Shown: one piece after another, positions 1 through 9,801 of the stretch
Layout: every line of letters begins with the position of its first letter
How positions within the stretch are numbered: position 1 is the first letter of the stretch
DNA from: an uncultured Gammaproteobacteria bacterium
Lineage (GTDB): Bacteria > Pseudomonadota > Gammaproteobacteria > Steroidobacterales > MnTg04
Reading direction: 5' to 3'
Assembly: GCA_964568075.1 (NCBI GenBank)
Contig: CAZMOM010000015.1
Location: 7,385 to 71,384 of the forward strand
Length of the DNA stretch: 64,000 nt
The notes under the pieces: generated by a model
What the model was told of the DNA's origin: nothing
The model's database searches: none
The model's input: the letters and a program-made list of their open reading frames with translations, nothing else
Translations under genes and position numbers: made by a program

Positions 1-2
1 TC

Positions 3-470
3 ATCTATCACTCGAAACATGTCGAACAGGAAGCGGCGCTGGCGGATGACCGAGCCTTTTTCGAGACGAAGTGCAGTTATTGTCATTCGCTGCAACGCGT
101 TTTCCTGATACCGTTCGACGAAGAGAGCCGGCGCCATGTCGTTGAGAGAATGCAGAATCGCGCCGGAACGGACTGGTTGAGCGATACCGACGCGGAACGA
201 ATCCTGTCCTACCTGGCGAAAGCGACGCCTGAGGTACAGGCGCCGGAGCGGCTGGACGGGCGCAGCGGTCAGGAAATCCTGAAGGCACGGTGTACAGCCT
301 GTCACACCCTGGAACGTATCTTTCTGGAGCGTGATGAACATCCGGGCGATTCTGAAATGTGGACACATATTGTGGGGCGGATGAGGGGCAAGGCGCCGCA
401 ATGGATCAGCGAGGGCGAAGCACAAAGCGTCATTGAATATCTCGAGACAATTGAGCCACAGACCCGGTAG
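3..470 (+). CDS. c-type cytochrome domain protein, 5' end outside window (two tandem haem-binding repeats)
   Basis: Frame-3 reading frame is open from the window edge to TAG at 468-470. It holds two ~55-aa tandem repeats, each with CxxCH (CSYCH at nt 72-86, CTACH at nt 291-305) followed by L-x-R-[VI]-F-L ... [VG]-R-M ... [IV]-[LI]-x-Y-L. Confidence 0.7.
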   Translation: MYHSKHVEQEAALADDRAFFETKCSYCHSLQRVFLIPFDEESRRHVVERMQNRAGTDWLSDTDAERILSYLAKATPEVQAPERLDGRSGQEILKARCTACHTLERIFLERDEHPGDSEMWTHIVGRMRGKAPQWISEGEAQSVIEYLETIEPQTR

Positions 471-479
471 GTCTTTTCG

Positions 480-1247
480 ATGGCGGGGCTATTCAGAAAA
501 CTCGTTTTTGTCTCCGCCGCTACGATTTTTATACCGGCCCAGCTTCTGGCGGCCTGCTGGCAAATCTCTCTTAACAATGGCGAAGTCATCGAAACCGACG
601 ACGTTTGGCAGATTCACAACAGGATGACGGAAAAGAGTTTTCTTATAGGCGAGGAAAACCGTCGCGACAGCATGATAGATCTCGCATATGTCGCATCCTG
701 GTCGGTCATCGAGGGTCGGGTGGAAGGCGGCAGCAAGGCGCATCGCCAGCATTTTCAGGTCGAAATGAATAATGGCACTACCCGCACACTGGGCAGCTCG
801 CAACCGCTGTTTTATCGGAGCGGGAACAAGAAATCTGAAGCACCATTGCGTGATGTTCGGTACGTGGCAAGCTGTGCCGAAATCTCGGGATCGGCGGATG
901 CCGAAACTCCCGCGCCTGAACACCCACTGGTGCCAGCAACCAGCGTTGACGTGAGTGGTTTATTTACTTTGAAAATGCGCAACGGTGATGTACTTTACGG
1001 GCGCCTCGCCGAACAGACCATAGCCTGGAAAGCGCCTTACGCAATCTTCAATTTTGATGCGCGGCAAATAAAGTCCATCGACCTGGGTGAAGACGCGGCC
1101 CCGCCGGGTCGACTTTTTACCTGGTCAGGCAATGATATTAGCGGCGAACTGGATATTGATACCCTTGTCCTGACGCTTGACACCGGCCTGACGGTCGATA
1201 TCGACGCCAGCGCTATTCAGTCCTTGTCTGCGGAACTGCCGGAATAA
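480..1247 (+). CDS. hypothetical lipoprotein
   Basis: 255-aa ORF starting 10 nt after the upstream stop. N-terminal hydrophobic signal with lipobox-like LLAAC. No recognisable family. Confidence 0.6.
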   Translation: MAGLFRKLVFVSAATIFIPAQLLAACWQISLNNGEVIETDDVWQIHNRMTEKSFLIGEENRRDSMIDLAYVASWSVIEGRVEGGSKAHRQHFQVEMNNGTTRTLGSSQPLFYRSGNKKSEAPLRDVRYVASCAEISGSADAETPAPEHPLVPATSVDVSGLFTLKMRNGDVLYGRLAEQTIAWKAPYAIFNFDARQIKSIDLGEDAAPPGRLFTWSGNDISGELDIDTLVLTLDTGLTVDIDASAIQSLSAELPE

Positions 1248-1420
1248 GACCAAACCAAAGAACAGCATCCGCATCGACGATGTTTATACACTGATGCTCA
1301 CGGCGTTCCGGCTGAACATCAGGGCGCTGCCCGGGATAAAGTTCCGGAAGCCCTGCTAAATGAGAGAGACTGCACAAATCCCTTGTTTCAGTGGCAACAG
1401 GGCGGAAAACTCGCACGGTT

Positions 1421-4012
1421 TCAGAATTCGTACAGAAAGCCGAGAGCGGCCAATCGTGGCAGCCAGTCGTCCTCGTTTTTTTCAAGAAATATATTGCCTG
1501 CCAGGTCTTCGTCCAGGTCGAAATCAGAGCAACAGGGATTTTTCCGATTCAGGGCGTTGGTGAGCTCAAAAAACCCGGTCAATGTGCCTTTGCCCAGCCT
1601 GAATTTTCTGCTCGCGCGTAGGTCGAGGCTTGCGTATATATCGTATCGCTCTGCGTTTCTGAGTCCCGGAGTAACAACGGGCTCGCCCAGTGCGTCGAAT
1701 GTCAGCACCAGGTCGGTTTTTGGCCAGCCACTGTGCACGCTGGCGGCAATGTCGAGTTCCCAGTTGCCAGGATGCCACGACAACCCGGCCTGCAATGCGT
1801 GTCGTTGATCCCAGCTGCGGGCGACATCGCTGTCATTCACCTGGTCTTCAACCGTCGAAAAGGAATAGGACCCCCACCAGTTCAGCTGTCCGCCGATCTT
1901 TTCCAGGTACAGTTCGACGCCCCTGGCCCGCGCTTCCTCCGGGTCGATCCGCACTCGGTCGGATTGAATTTCGGGCAGAATTGACAATGTGTCGAACAGG
2001 TTTTCGAAACGGGGTTTCAGGCTTTCCATCGTTTTGCTAAACGCCTCGACTCGCAACAGGAATGAACCGGGTAACCGGTGCTGCATGCCAACGATCAACT
2101 GGTCTGCCCGTTGCGCTGGGAAGAAAGTGCTTCCGCCATCTTCGACCTGAAGCTCCTGGATATCCTGAAACTGATAATAACGGCCCCAGCTCAAACGCAG
2201 GTCCGTCTTTGGACCCAGCGAGTACAAGAAACTGGCTCTCGGACTCAACCGTGCATCGGGTTCCGCGTTCAAAAACTTCTGCCTGTCCCAGCGAAAACCC
2301 AGCTCCATGACTGCATGCGGCCCCAGACGCAACCGGTTCGATACATATGCTGCATAGGTATCGCCTTCGGGCCGGGCGCTTATATCCCGACTGATCGATG
2401 CCGGCAGACCTGCAACAGCCTCGTTGATCTCAAAATAATCCACAGTGCTTCGATACTGGTAAACCGCCTCTGACCGCTGTGCCTCAAATCCCCACTGCAG
2501 CAGATATCCGGCATTGACAAACCACTGCCAGTCCTGTCGCAGGTTCACGATGTCTGCCTCTCGTCGATCGTCGACGGATCCGACGATCGCCGGGTCAATG
2601 ACGAATCCGGCGCGGTCGTTACGAATGGCATCCACGGAAAGTACGGTCGTGCTGCTCAAGTCCTCGCTCCACTGATTTTTCAGCCTGATCCAGTACTGGG
2701 TATTGTCTGCTTCGCTTGCTGACCGCTCCTGCTCACCGGGCTTATCGTCAGTAATAACCAGCACGCGATCACTGGCCAGCAGAACATTCAGCGACAAAGT
2801 CGCGTTTGGTGAAATCTCGCCGCCAAGTTCAAGAAAAAAATCGCTGTATCTAGGCTGCCCGAGAGCTGACTTGATAACCAGATCCAGGTTGCCGCGCCTC
2901 GCCGAAACCAGCCAGTCTATGTTGCCCCCCGAAAAACTACCGGCCGACAAAAACGACGTGTTATACGCGCTCAAACCGATTTCGGTATGCCTCAATTTCT
3001 CTGGTTTCATCGATTCGATCAGGACGACCCCGCTCATCCGGTCACCGTAGCGAACAGGAAAGCCCCCGGTGTAAACCTCCATGCCGCTGATCGCCCTGAC
3101 ATCCACGGTGCTGAAAATATTCTGGAAGTTGCGAACGTGAAAAGGATCAAGCAGGCGGTGTCCATTCAGGATAATCGCGATTTCGTCGTCGACACCGCCA
3201 CGGAAATGCGTTTTTGCCGAAATGCCACCTGCAGCCGCTCCAGGCAGTCGCTGGGCCGCGCGGATCGGATCGTCTCCCAGGTCCGGAAGACTCTGGATCG
3301 CTCGCTGGTTGATATGAAAAACAGAGGCCGATAGTTCTCGCTGCAATTGATAGCGGCTGGTTGTCACGATGACTGTTTCGAACTCCCAGCGACTTGGCGC
3401 CGGTTCGAAAAGAACAACCGATATATTGCCCGGCTTAATCTCAATCGTGTGGTGTTCTGTGACAAAACCCGGAATGGAAATGTCAACTTCAACAGTCCCG
3501 GCGTTCAGGCCGGTAAATTTTAGCGCTCCGTTGCCGAGCACCGTCGGTGCTGGCAGTGCCACGGACGCGGTCACCGAAATCCCCTCCAGCTCGACTGTCG
3601 ACGATGCATTATTTACCAAAACCAGTAACGAGCCCTGGTTTTTTCTTTCCATGGCATCTTCGGTTCGCACGACCAAATAAAGATCGTCGATCTGCAGCAG
3701 CGTCAGGTCATAAGACCCAAGAATTTCCCGGACGATGCTGACCGGGTCGGCTCCGGCGGGTTCGTCGCGAACCAGCATCGAGTCATCGATCAGGTTTGAA
3801 CTGTAGGTAATCGACCAGCCCTCGCTCCTGTATTGTTCGAGGACGCTCGTGATCGTGCGTCCAGTGAACAGGCCGATCTCAACCGCCGGAGCCGATAGGG
3901 AAATCAGGCAAAGCACGGCTGCAAAAAAAAGAAATATTGAGCGAAGTGGGCGGGTGTTGCTCTGGCTGACTTCGCATCGATCACCGGATATCGATTTATC
4001 GATATGACGCAT
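1421..4012 (-). CDS. TonB-dependent receptor/transducer with N-terminal STN signalling domain and CarboxypepD_reg-like domain
   Basis: Long ORF ending in the typical terminal aromatic (..GFLYEF). Contains an STN-like segment (SVLEQYRSEGWSITYSS..), a plug and barrel-type sequence. ATG at 4012 is preferred over TTG at 4045. Sits directly downstream of the FecR/ECF sigma genes. Confidence 0.85.
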   Translation of the reverse strand: MRHIDKSISGDRCEVSQSNTRPLRSIFLFFAAVLCLISLSAPAVEIGLFTGRTITSVLEQYRSEGWSITYSSNLIDDSMLVRDEPAGADPVSIVREILGSYDLTLLQIDDLYLVVRTEDAMERKNQGSLLVLVNNASSTVELEGISVTASVALPAPTVLGNGALKFTGLNAGTVEVDISIPGFVTEHHTIEIKPGNISVVLFEPAPSRWEFETVIVTTSRYQLQRELSASVFHINQRAIQSLPDLGDDPIRAAQRLPGAAAGGISAKTHFRGGVDDEIAIILNGHRLLDPFHVRNFQNIFSTVDVRAISGMEVYTGGFPVRYGDRMSGVVLIESMKPEKLRHTEIGLSAYNTSFLSAGSFSGGNIDWLVSARRGNLDLVIKSALGQPRYSDFFLELGGEISPNATLSLNVLLASDRVLVITDDKPGEQERSASEADNTQYWIRLKNQWSEDLSSTTVLSVDAIRNDRAGFVIDPAIVGSVDDRREADIVNLRQDWQWFVNAGYLLQWGFEAQRSEAVYQYRSTVDYFEINEAVAGLPASISRDISARPEGDTYAAYVSNRLRLGPHAVMELGFRWDRQKFLNAEPDARLSPRASFLYSLGPKTDLRLSWGRYYQFQDIQELQVEDGGSTFFPAQRADQLIVGMQHRLPGSFLLRVEAFSKTMESLKPRFENLFDTLSILPEIQSDRVRIDPEEARARGVELYLEKIGGQLNWWGSYSFSTVEDQVNDSDVARSWDQRHALQAGLSWHPGNWELDIAASVHSGWPKTDLVLTFDALGEPVVTPGLRNAERYDIYASLDLRASRKFRLGKGTLTGFFELTNALNRKNPCCSDFDLDEDLAGNIFLEKNEDDWLPRLAALGFLYEF

Positions 4013-4075
4013 AACTCGCAGTATACCAAGCGTAGGCTTGGCCAATGGTGGCGGCCCAACAGTGTTTGGCCTGCT

Positions 4076-5116
4076 TCAGTGGGCGTATGCCTGAACGATT
4101 TGACTGGTGCTTACCAGAATCACGCCATTGATCAGTTGGTAGGTCAGATCGCTGGTCTGGAACATGATTTCCAGCGCCCTCATCGGCGGAAGATCAATGC
4201 TGCCGTGAAGAATCGTCTCCTCAGCGAGGAACTTCGCGCTGTCGGTCGCAAACTCTATGTCATAACCCGATTCCCGGCGTATCCACTGCAGGAAATCAAA
4301 CATGCTGCGGCCGTCCAGTTCGTACACCGGCGCAATGTCCTGCACCCACTTCCAGTCTTCCGCATAAGGCAATATGGATTGGCGCACCTGAATACCGCTG
4401 TCGCTGATAATGATCTGTTCCCCCGCCAGCGCCAGCGTTTCGGTGTTGCTTCCGGTGATCGCTACCTCGCCCTCCCGAACGCTGACCGACAGGACGCCTT
4501 CTGCGAGATCGGTCATAAACTGCGTACCCATATGACGAACCGCACCAAACGGCGTGTTGATCAACAGGTTTACCAACGGCCGCTCGGTCGAGTACAAGGA
4601 ATCAGAATCATAGTGAATGCGGCCAAACAGGAGTTGCAGCTCACTGTTGCCGCTAATGGCGATCCTGGTTTTTTCGTCCACCCGCAACAGGCCGCCGGCA
4701 TTCCAGGCGATCGCCATCCTGGCGGCTTCGCCGGTTTCAAGCGTCTGCCCAACGACCAGAGTCCGTTGGTCCGGATCGAGTCTCTGCCACGACTCGTTCG
4801 ATTCATCAAAAACAATTATTTCGCCCACTTGTTTTTCAACATGGGCCACCTGCTGAACATCCATATCTTTCTCCGCAAATCGACCAGCATTGAACAAAAC
4901 TGTCAGCGCCAACAGCAACGATGCGGCGATGGCCAGTAACAGGAGCCGGCGACGCTCCCGCCGTTTTTCGGTCAGTTGTCTCCATTCCCCGAGTACCAGC
5001 TGGCGGATTTCCTGTTCATCCTTTTCCGGGGCCCTTTTTCGAGGCGACGCATGAGCGAAAAGACTTGTAAACACCTCGTTCGCCGTCTGGTTAGCGCTTT
5101 TTTTCCGGTCATTCAT
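4076..5116 (-). CDS. FecR-family anti-sigma factor / transmembrane sensor
   Basis: Short cytoplasmic N-terminus, one TM helix (RRLLLLAIAASLLLALTVLF) and a periplasmic FecR-like domain. The ATG at 5116 overlaps the sigma-factor stop (ATGAATGA). The ORF track start at 5125 is TTG. Confidence 0.85.
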   Translation of the reverse strand: MNDRKKSANQTANEVFTSLFAHASPRKRAPEKDEQEIRQLVLGEWRQLTEKRRERRRLLLLAIAASLLLALTVLFNAGRFAEKDMDVQQVAHVEKQVGEIIVFDESNESWQRLDPDQRTLVVGQTLETGEAARMAIAWNAGGLLRVDEKTRIAISGNSELQLLFGRIHYDSDSLYSTERPLVNLLINTPFGAVRHMGTQFMTDLAEGVLSVSVREGEVAITGSNTETLALAGEQIIISDSGIQVRQSILPYAEDWKWVQDIAPVYELDGRSMFDFLQWIRRESGYDIEFATDSAKFLAEETILHGSIDLPPMRALEIMFQTSDLTYQLINGVILVSTSQIVQAYAH

Positions 5117-5735
5117 GTAAATCAACCTCAGGTAGTAGTCTTGTATTCACTGGTTGAGTCAGCGATGTATAAACATCGTGAAATGCTCTGCGGGCTCTTG
5201 CGAGCATCGATTGCACCGCTTCTTCTCCGATCCCCAGTTTTGCCGCGATTTCTCTGATCGAATAACCCTCGATGTATTTCCACTCCAGCGCATCGCCATA
5301 TCTTGCAGGCAGCCGATCGAGAGCCACATGAATCATCCGGACGAGCTCCAGCCTCTCCATATTCCATGCCGGATCATCGGTGGGCGGCGTCTGGAAGGAA
5401 TCCACTGCGGCCTGAATCTCGGGAAAGTCCTCCGTCAGTAAAATATGCTTGTGGTATCGGCCCTGCGTTTCCAGCCAGTCGCTGATTTCATTCCTGCAGA
5501 TGGCGCATAGCCACGTGAACAAGGCAGCTTCACCCCGAAACTTTTGCAGGTTGCGGATCGCCTTGGTCATTGCCGAACTGACCACTTCCTTGCATGCTTC
5601 CGGTTCGCCGGAAACCCGGGTGGACGCAAATCGGTACAGGCGCTGAAAGTTCTCCGTGAAGAACTGATCGAATGCCCGTTGCTCATTCGCCAACATTCGT
5701 TTAACGAGCCGTTTGTCCTCGAGATAAAGAAGCAT
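5109..5735 (-). CDS. ECF-type RNA polymerase sigma-70 factor (FecI-like)
   Basis: Sigma-70 region 2 and region 4 signatures (..FTWLCAICRNEI.., ..YIEGYSIREIAAKLGIGEEAVQSML..). ATG at 5735 has AGGA 8 nt upstream; an alternative GTG lies at 5774. Confidence 0.85.
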   Translation of the reverse strand: MLLYLEDKRLVKRMLANEQRAFDQFFTENFQRLYRFASTRVSGEPEACKEVVSSAMTKAIRNLQKFRGEAALFTWLCAICRNEISDWLETQGRYHKHILLTEDFPEIQAAVDSFQTPPTDDPAWNMERLELVRMIHVALDRLPARYGDALEWKYIEGYSIREIAAKLGIGEEAVQSMLARARRAFHDVYTSLTQPVNTRLLPEVDLHE

Positions 5736-5930
5736 GGTCGATCCTGAATCCGCCTCTTTGTTAGACGGCGGCACGTTCGAATATCGGTCGGCCCAGAGCT
5801 GTATCCAATGGCCTTACTACTATAATTTGCGGCAACGCCACAAAGCGGTCAGAACAATTGACTGCCGAGGCCATCACCCGCCGACCCGGAGCACCGGCCG
5901 GCCACTTTCCCGGTCCCGCCGCCGGATGAG

Positions 5931-6317
5931 CTAGTTAAACAGGACCCATATCGCGCCAAGCAAACCGCCAAGCAGCAATATCGATTGTGATATCTGCCCG
6001 ATAGCGAACCCAAGCCCTCTCCCGGACGGTTCCCGAAGATAGGCGCGATAGTAAATAATCCGGGCAATCACGAACAATATACCCAGACCGGCAGCTGTCG
6101 GTTCATGAACATAAAAAGCGAACAGCCACATGGCTGGCAGAAAGACAATTAACTGCTCCAGCGTATTTTGTTGTACGCGGCTGGTCCTTTCGAACTCAGG
6201 CGCACCCTGCATGGCCGGAGCCTTCACGCCGGTCTTCTCTCTCGCCACGCCAACCAGGAAGGATATAATCCAATATTCGATCAAAATAAGACCGGTAACG
6301 ATGGCCACAACATCCAT
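5931..6317 (-). CDS. MAPEG-family membrane protein
   Basis: 128 aa with 3-4 TM helices and a conserved core (..QNTLEQLIVFLPAMWLF.., ..RIIYYRAY..) typical of the MAPEG/MGST-like family. Confidence 0.75.
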   Translation of the reverse strand: MDVVAIVTGLILIEYWIISFLVGVAREKTGVKAPAMQGAPEFERTSRVQQNTLEQLIVFLPAMWLFAFYVHEPTAAGLGILFVIARIIYYRAYLREPSGRGLGFAIGQISQSILLLGGLLGAIWVLFN

Positions 6318-6408
6318 ACTTCTCTCTCCTGTTTAACGTTGTCACTGTCCGATAGCCGGGCAGGCTCAAACCAACCGCGGGTATCATAATCCAGGCGCAG
6401 TACAAATA

Positions 6409-8592
6409 GTGCCGTGCTGGTCAAGCTGCCCGTGGGGCAGGTATTATTCGCACTCCCTCAAAGCATCAGGCATAGCATTTGTGAGCTCGGATTCAGCACA
6501 AGAAGCATCGGTTTGTTCCGACGACAGTATTGACCCCGCTTTTGACTGGCTGGAAATAGCCCGCCTGGTACTGACCTCGCGGGCCATAGATCGGATCGAG
6601 GAAAGCGAGCTCGTCCCGCAAAAGAAAGTGCTTTATCAATTCTCTGCGCGCGGCCACGACCTGGCCGAGATTCTGCTGGGCTCATTAATGAACCACCCGC
6701 ATGACGCGAGCAGCGGTTATTACCGATCCAGACCATCGCTCCTGGCGATGGGCCTGTCGATCGAGGAAGCGTTCGCCGGCCCATTGGCCCGCTCCGGCGG
6801 ATTCAGCGATGGCCGCGACATCGGTGTTGTTTTCAACCGCCCAACGGCAGGCGGCGCCACGGTACTGCCGATGTGCGGCGGTGTCGGGGCACAGTACACG
6901 CCGGTCGCCGGCTGGGCGCAGGCGATTCGGTATCACGCAGATGAACTGGGTGACGATAGCTACCAGGGTGCGATCGGCGCTGCCCTCGGTGGTGACGCAT
7001 CGGTAGCAACCAATGGTTTCTGGTCGGCGCTGACGATCGCGACCACGCTGAAATTGCCGATGCTGTTCTATATCGAGGACAACGATTATGGCATCTCGAC
7101 ACCATCGACGTTGCAAACGCCAGGGGCAAATATAGCGGACAACCTAAAGTCCTTTAATAACTTGAGCGTTCTGGACGGCGATGGCACAGAGCCAGCCGAG
7201 GCGGCCGGTCTGATACGCCAGGCGGTCGCTCACGTACGCAGCGGTGCCGGCCCGGCCCTGCTGAGGCTTTCCGTGCCCCGGCTGGGCGGCCATTCGGCGC
7301 AGGACACGCAGAAATACAAGTCCGCCGAGATTATCGCGGAAGAAGAGTCTCGTGATCCCCTGCCAAAACTGCATGACTACCTGGTGCCGGCGTTGATCGA
7401 TGCGGACACTTGGAAAAAACTGGAGCAGGATGTCGAGCGGGAGGTCGCCGAGGGGCTCGCGGCGGCACTTGCGAGAGCCCAGCCCGATACCGCCGGGATT
7501 GAGCGGCATGCTTTTTGTGAAACCGGACCGGATAGCGAACCCGAAATCCAGCAACAAGGTGGCCTGGCCGTCAGCGGCCATGTTTTTCCTGAGTCCAGCG
7601 AGCAGGCGGAACCCGAGCCTGCGCGAATCAACATGCTGACGGCAATCCGCCGTACGCTTGAATATGAACTGGCAACCAACCCGAAAGTCGTTGTCTTCGG
7701 CGAAGACGTCGGACCCAAAGGCGGTGTGCATGCAGCGACGAGGGGTCTGCAGGAAAAATTCGGTATCAATCGGGTTTTCGATACCAGCCTTTCGGAAGAA
7801 GGCATCATCGGTCGCGCCGTTGGTATGGCGGTAGCCGGCCTGATGCCGGTACCGGAGATTCAGTTTCGCAAGTATGCCGACCCGGCAACAGAGCAACTGA
7901 ATGATTGCGGTACAATGAGATGGCGGACCAATAATCGATTCGCCGCCCCGATCGTCGTCAGAATGCCCGGCGGTTTTTTCAAATGCGGCGATCCCTGGCA
8001 CAGCCAGACCAATGAAGTGCAATGGGCGCACGGCATCGGCTGGCAGGTGGCCGTGCCGTCTAACGCTGAGGATGCGACCGGGCTGCTGCGCACAGCGTTG
8101 CGCGGCAATAATCCGACCATTTTTTTTGAGCACCGTTCCATGCTGGACGACGTGTGGGCGCGCCGGCCCTATCCCGGAGACAAATATGTCCTGCCATTCG
8201 GCAAGGCAAGGATCACCAAACCGGGTACGGACCTGACCGTGGTGACCTGGGGCGCGATGGTGCCTCGATGTGAGAGCGCGGCTGAAACAGTTGCTGGAAG
8301 CGTGGAGATTATTGACCTGCGCACGATGATGCCATGGGATAAGAAAACCGTGCTGGCCTCGATCGCGAAGACGAGGCGTTGCCTGGTCGTACACGAGGAC
8401 AACATGACCGCCGGTTTTGGCGCGGAGATAGTCGCGACCGTGGTCAGCGAATCTTTTTTCGACCTCGACGCGCCAGTTGAGAGAGTGGCAACGCCGGATA
8501 TACCCAGTCCACACAATCCGTCGTTGATGAATGCGGTGGTTCCGGATGCAGCTGGAATAGCCGGAAAAATGACCGAGCTGCTTGAGTGCTGA
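6409..8592 (+). CDS. 2-oxoacid dehydrogenase E1 component, fused alpha+beta subunits (TPP-dependent)
   Basis: The N-terminal half resembles E1 alpha (..YQFSARGHD.., ..GDASVATNGFWSAL..LPMLFYIEDNDYGIS..). The C-terminal half resembles E1 beta (..VVVFGEDVG.KGGV..TRGLQEKFG..RVFDT.LSEEGIIG..). The start is uncertain: GTG 6409 or GTG 6481. Confidence 0.85.
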   Translation: MPCWSSCPWGRYYSHSLKASGIAFVSSDSAQEASVCSDDSIDPAFDWLEIARLVLTSRAIDRIEESELVPQKKVLYQFSARGHDLAEILLGSLMNHPHDASSGYYRSRPSLLAMGLSIEEAFAGPLARSGGFSDGRDIGVVFNRPTAGGATVLPMCGGVGAQYTPVAGWAQAIRYHADELGDDSYQGAIGAALGGDASVATNGFWSALTIATTLKLPMLFYIEDNDYGISTPSTLQTPGANIADNLKSFNNLSVLDGDGTEPAEAAGLIRQAVAHVRSGAGPALLRLSVPRLGGHSAQDTQKYKSAEIIAEEESRDPLPKLHDYLVPALIDADTWKKLEQDVEREVAEGLAAALARAQPDTAGIERHAFCETGPDSEPEIQQQGGLAVSGHVFPESSEQAEPEPARINMLTAIRRTLEYELATNPKVVVFGEDVGPKGGVHAATRGLQEKFGINRVFDTSLSEEGIIGRAVGMAVAGLMPVPEIQFRKYADPATEQLNDCGTMRWRTNNRFAAPIVVRMPGGFFKCGDPWHSQTNEVQWAHGIGWQVAVPSNAEDATGLLRTALRGNNPTIFFEHRSMLDDVWARRPYPGDKYVLPFGKARITKPGTDLTVVTWGAMVPRCESAAETVAGSVEIIDLRTMMPWDKKTVLASIAKTRRCLVVHEDNMTAGFGAEIVATVVSESFFDLDAPVERVATPDIPSPHNPSLMNAVVPDAAGIAGKMTELLEC

Positions 8593-8606
8593 AAAACAGG
8601 TAAAAA

Positions 8607-9797
8607 ATGGCGGAACTGATCGACATCGTCGTGCCCGAAGGCCAGCAGGAGGGAACCGAATCGACGCTGATGCAATGGCTCAAAAAGGCCGGAGACAGGG
8701 TGAATTTGCACGAGCCCTTGATCGAACTGGAAACCGACAAGGTCGTCGTTGAGATCGCCTCGCCCGCCAGCGGAATATTGCTGGAGCGACTGGTCGAAGA
8801 ACAAAGCCAGGTAGAGCCTGGTGCCGTATTGGGCCGTATTGAGCCCGGCAAAGGGGCGAAGGCTGACAGCGGCGAGGCAAAAGACTCGGCCAAAGCCAGT
8901 CAGAGCGACCGGCCACCAGAAGGCAAGCACGCAAAACTCAGCCCGGCCGTACGCCGGCTGCTCAAGCAGCACGGCCTGGACGCCTCACAGATTGTGGGCA
9001 GCGGCCGCGATGGTCGCGTGACCCGCGAAGACGTCGAAAACCACATCGCGGGTGGTGCGACAGTCGTTGCCGGTGACCAGGACCGCATCGCGGCAGCTGT
9101 AAAAGGATCGATCGTGCCGCATTCCCCAATGCGCAAACGCATCGCGACTCACATGGTAAAAAGCATGCGGACCGCACCCCATGTGACCAGCGTGTTCCAG
9201 GTCGACATGTCGGCGGTTAGCGCTCATCGCAAATCCCATCGCAACGCGTTTGAGAAAAAAGGCGGCAAACTGACTTTCACCGCCTACTTCGTGAAAGCCG
9301 CCGTGGCGGCACTGCAGTCGGTGCCCGAGGTTAACAGCCGATTCCTCGATGAGGGACTGGAACTATTCGGTTCAATCAATATCGGCGTCGGCACCGCGTT
9401 GGGTGACGAAGGCCTGATCGTGCCGGTTATCCACGGCGCGCAGGACATGGATCTCGGGCTTATTGCCAAAAGGCTACAGACGCTGACCGACAAAGCACGC
9501 AAGGGCGACCTCGATCAATCCGATGTTGCCGGCGGAACCTTCACGATTTCAAATCATGGCGTCAGCGGCAGCCTGATGGCGGCACCCGTCATTATCAACC
9601 AGCCGCAGAGTGCGATCCTCGGGATCGGCAAGCTGGAAAAGCGCGTTGTCGTCGTTGAAGACGGAGACCAGGACCGAATGGAGATCCGGCTGATGTGCTA
9701 TGTCACATTAACCATAGATCATCGCGCGCTGGATGCTCATCAGACCAACCGGTTCCTGTCCGTTTTTGCCGAAACCTTGGAGAACTGGCCCGGCTGA
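8607..9797 (+). CDS. dihydrolipoamide acyltransferase E2 component
   Basis: Lipoyl domain with ELETDKVVVEI, a peripheral subunit-binding domain (SPAVRRLLKQHGLDASQIVGSGRDGRVTRED) and a catalytic domain with DHRALDA. Starts 15 nt after E1. Confidence 0.9.
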   Translation: MAELIDIVVPEGQQEGTESTLMQWLKKAGDRVNLHEPLIELETDKVVVEIASPASGILLERLVEEQSQVEPGAVLGRIEPGKGAKADSGEAKDSAKASQSDRPPEGKHAKLSPAVRRLLKQHGLDASQIVGSGRDGRVTREDVENHIAGGATVVAGDQDRIAAAVKGSIVPHSPMRKRIATHMVKSMRTAPHVTSVFQVDMSAVSAHRKSHRNAFEKKGGKLTFTAYFVKAAVAALQSVPEVNSRFLDEGLELFGSINIGVGTALGDEGLIVPVIHGAQDMDLGLIAKRLQTLTDKARKGDLDQSDVAGGTFTISNHGVSGSLMAAPVIINQPQSAILGIGKLEKRVVVVEDGDQDRMEIRLMCYVTLTIDHRALDAHQTNRFLSVFAETLENWPG

Positions 9798-9801
9798 GCG
9801 C

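Noticed and set aside
4004-4939. 311-aa ORF on the plus strand
   Set aside because: It is antisense to the FecR-like gene. It has no motifs, and the FecR frame fits the sigma/anti-sigma/receptor operon logic.
7144-8514. 456-aa ORF on the minus strand
   Set aside because: It is entirely antisense to the well-supported E1 alpha-beta gene. Its composition is Arg/Gly/Pro-rich, typical of out-of-frame high-GC sequence, and no family motif is present.
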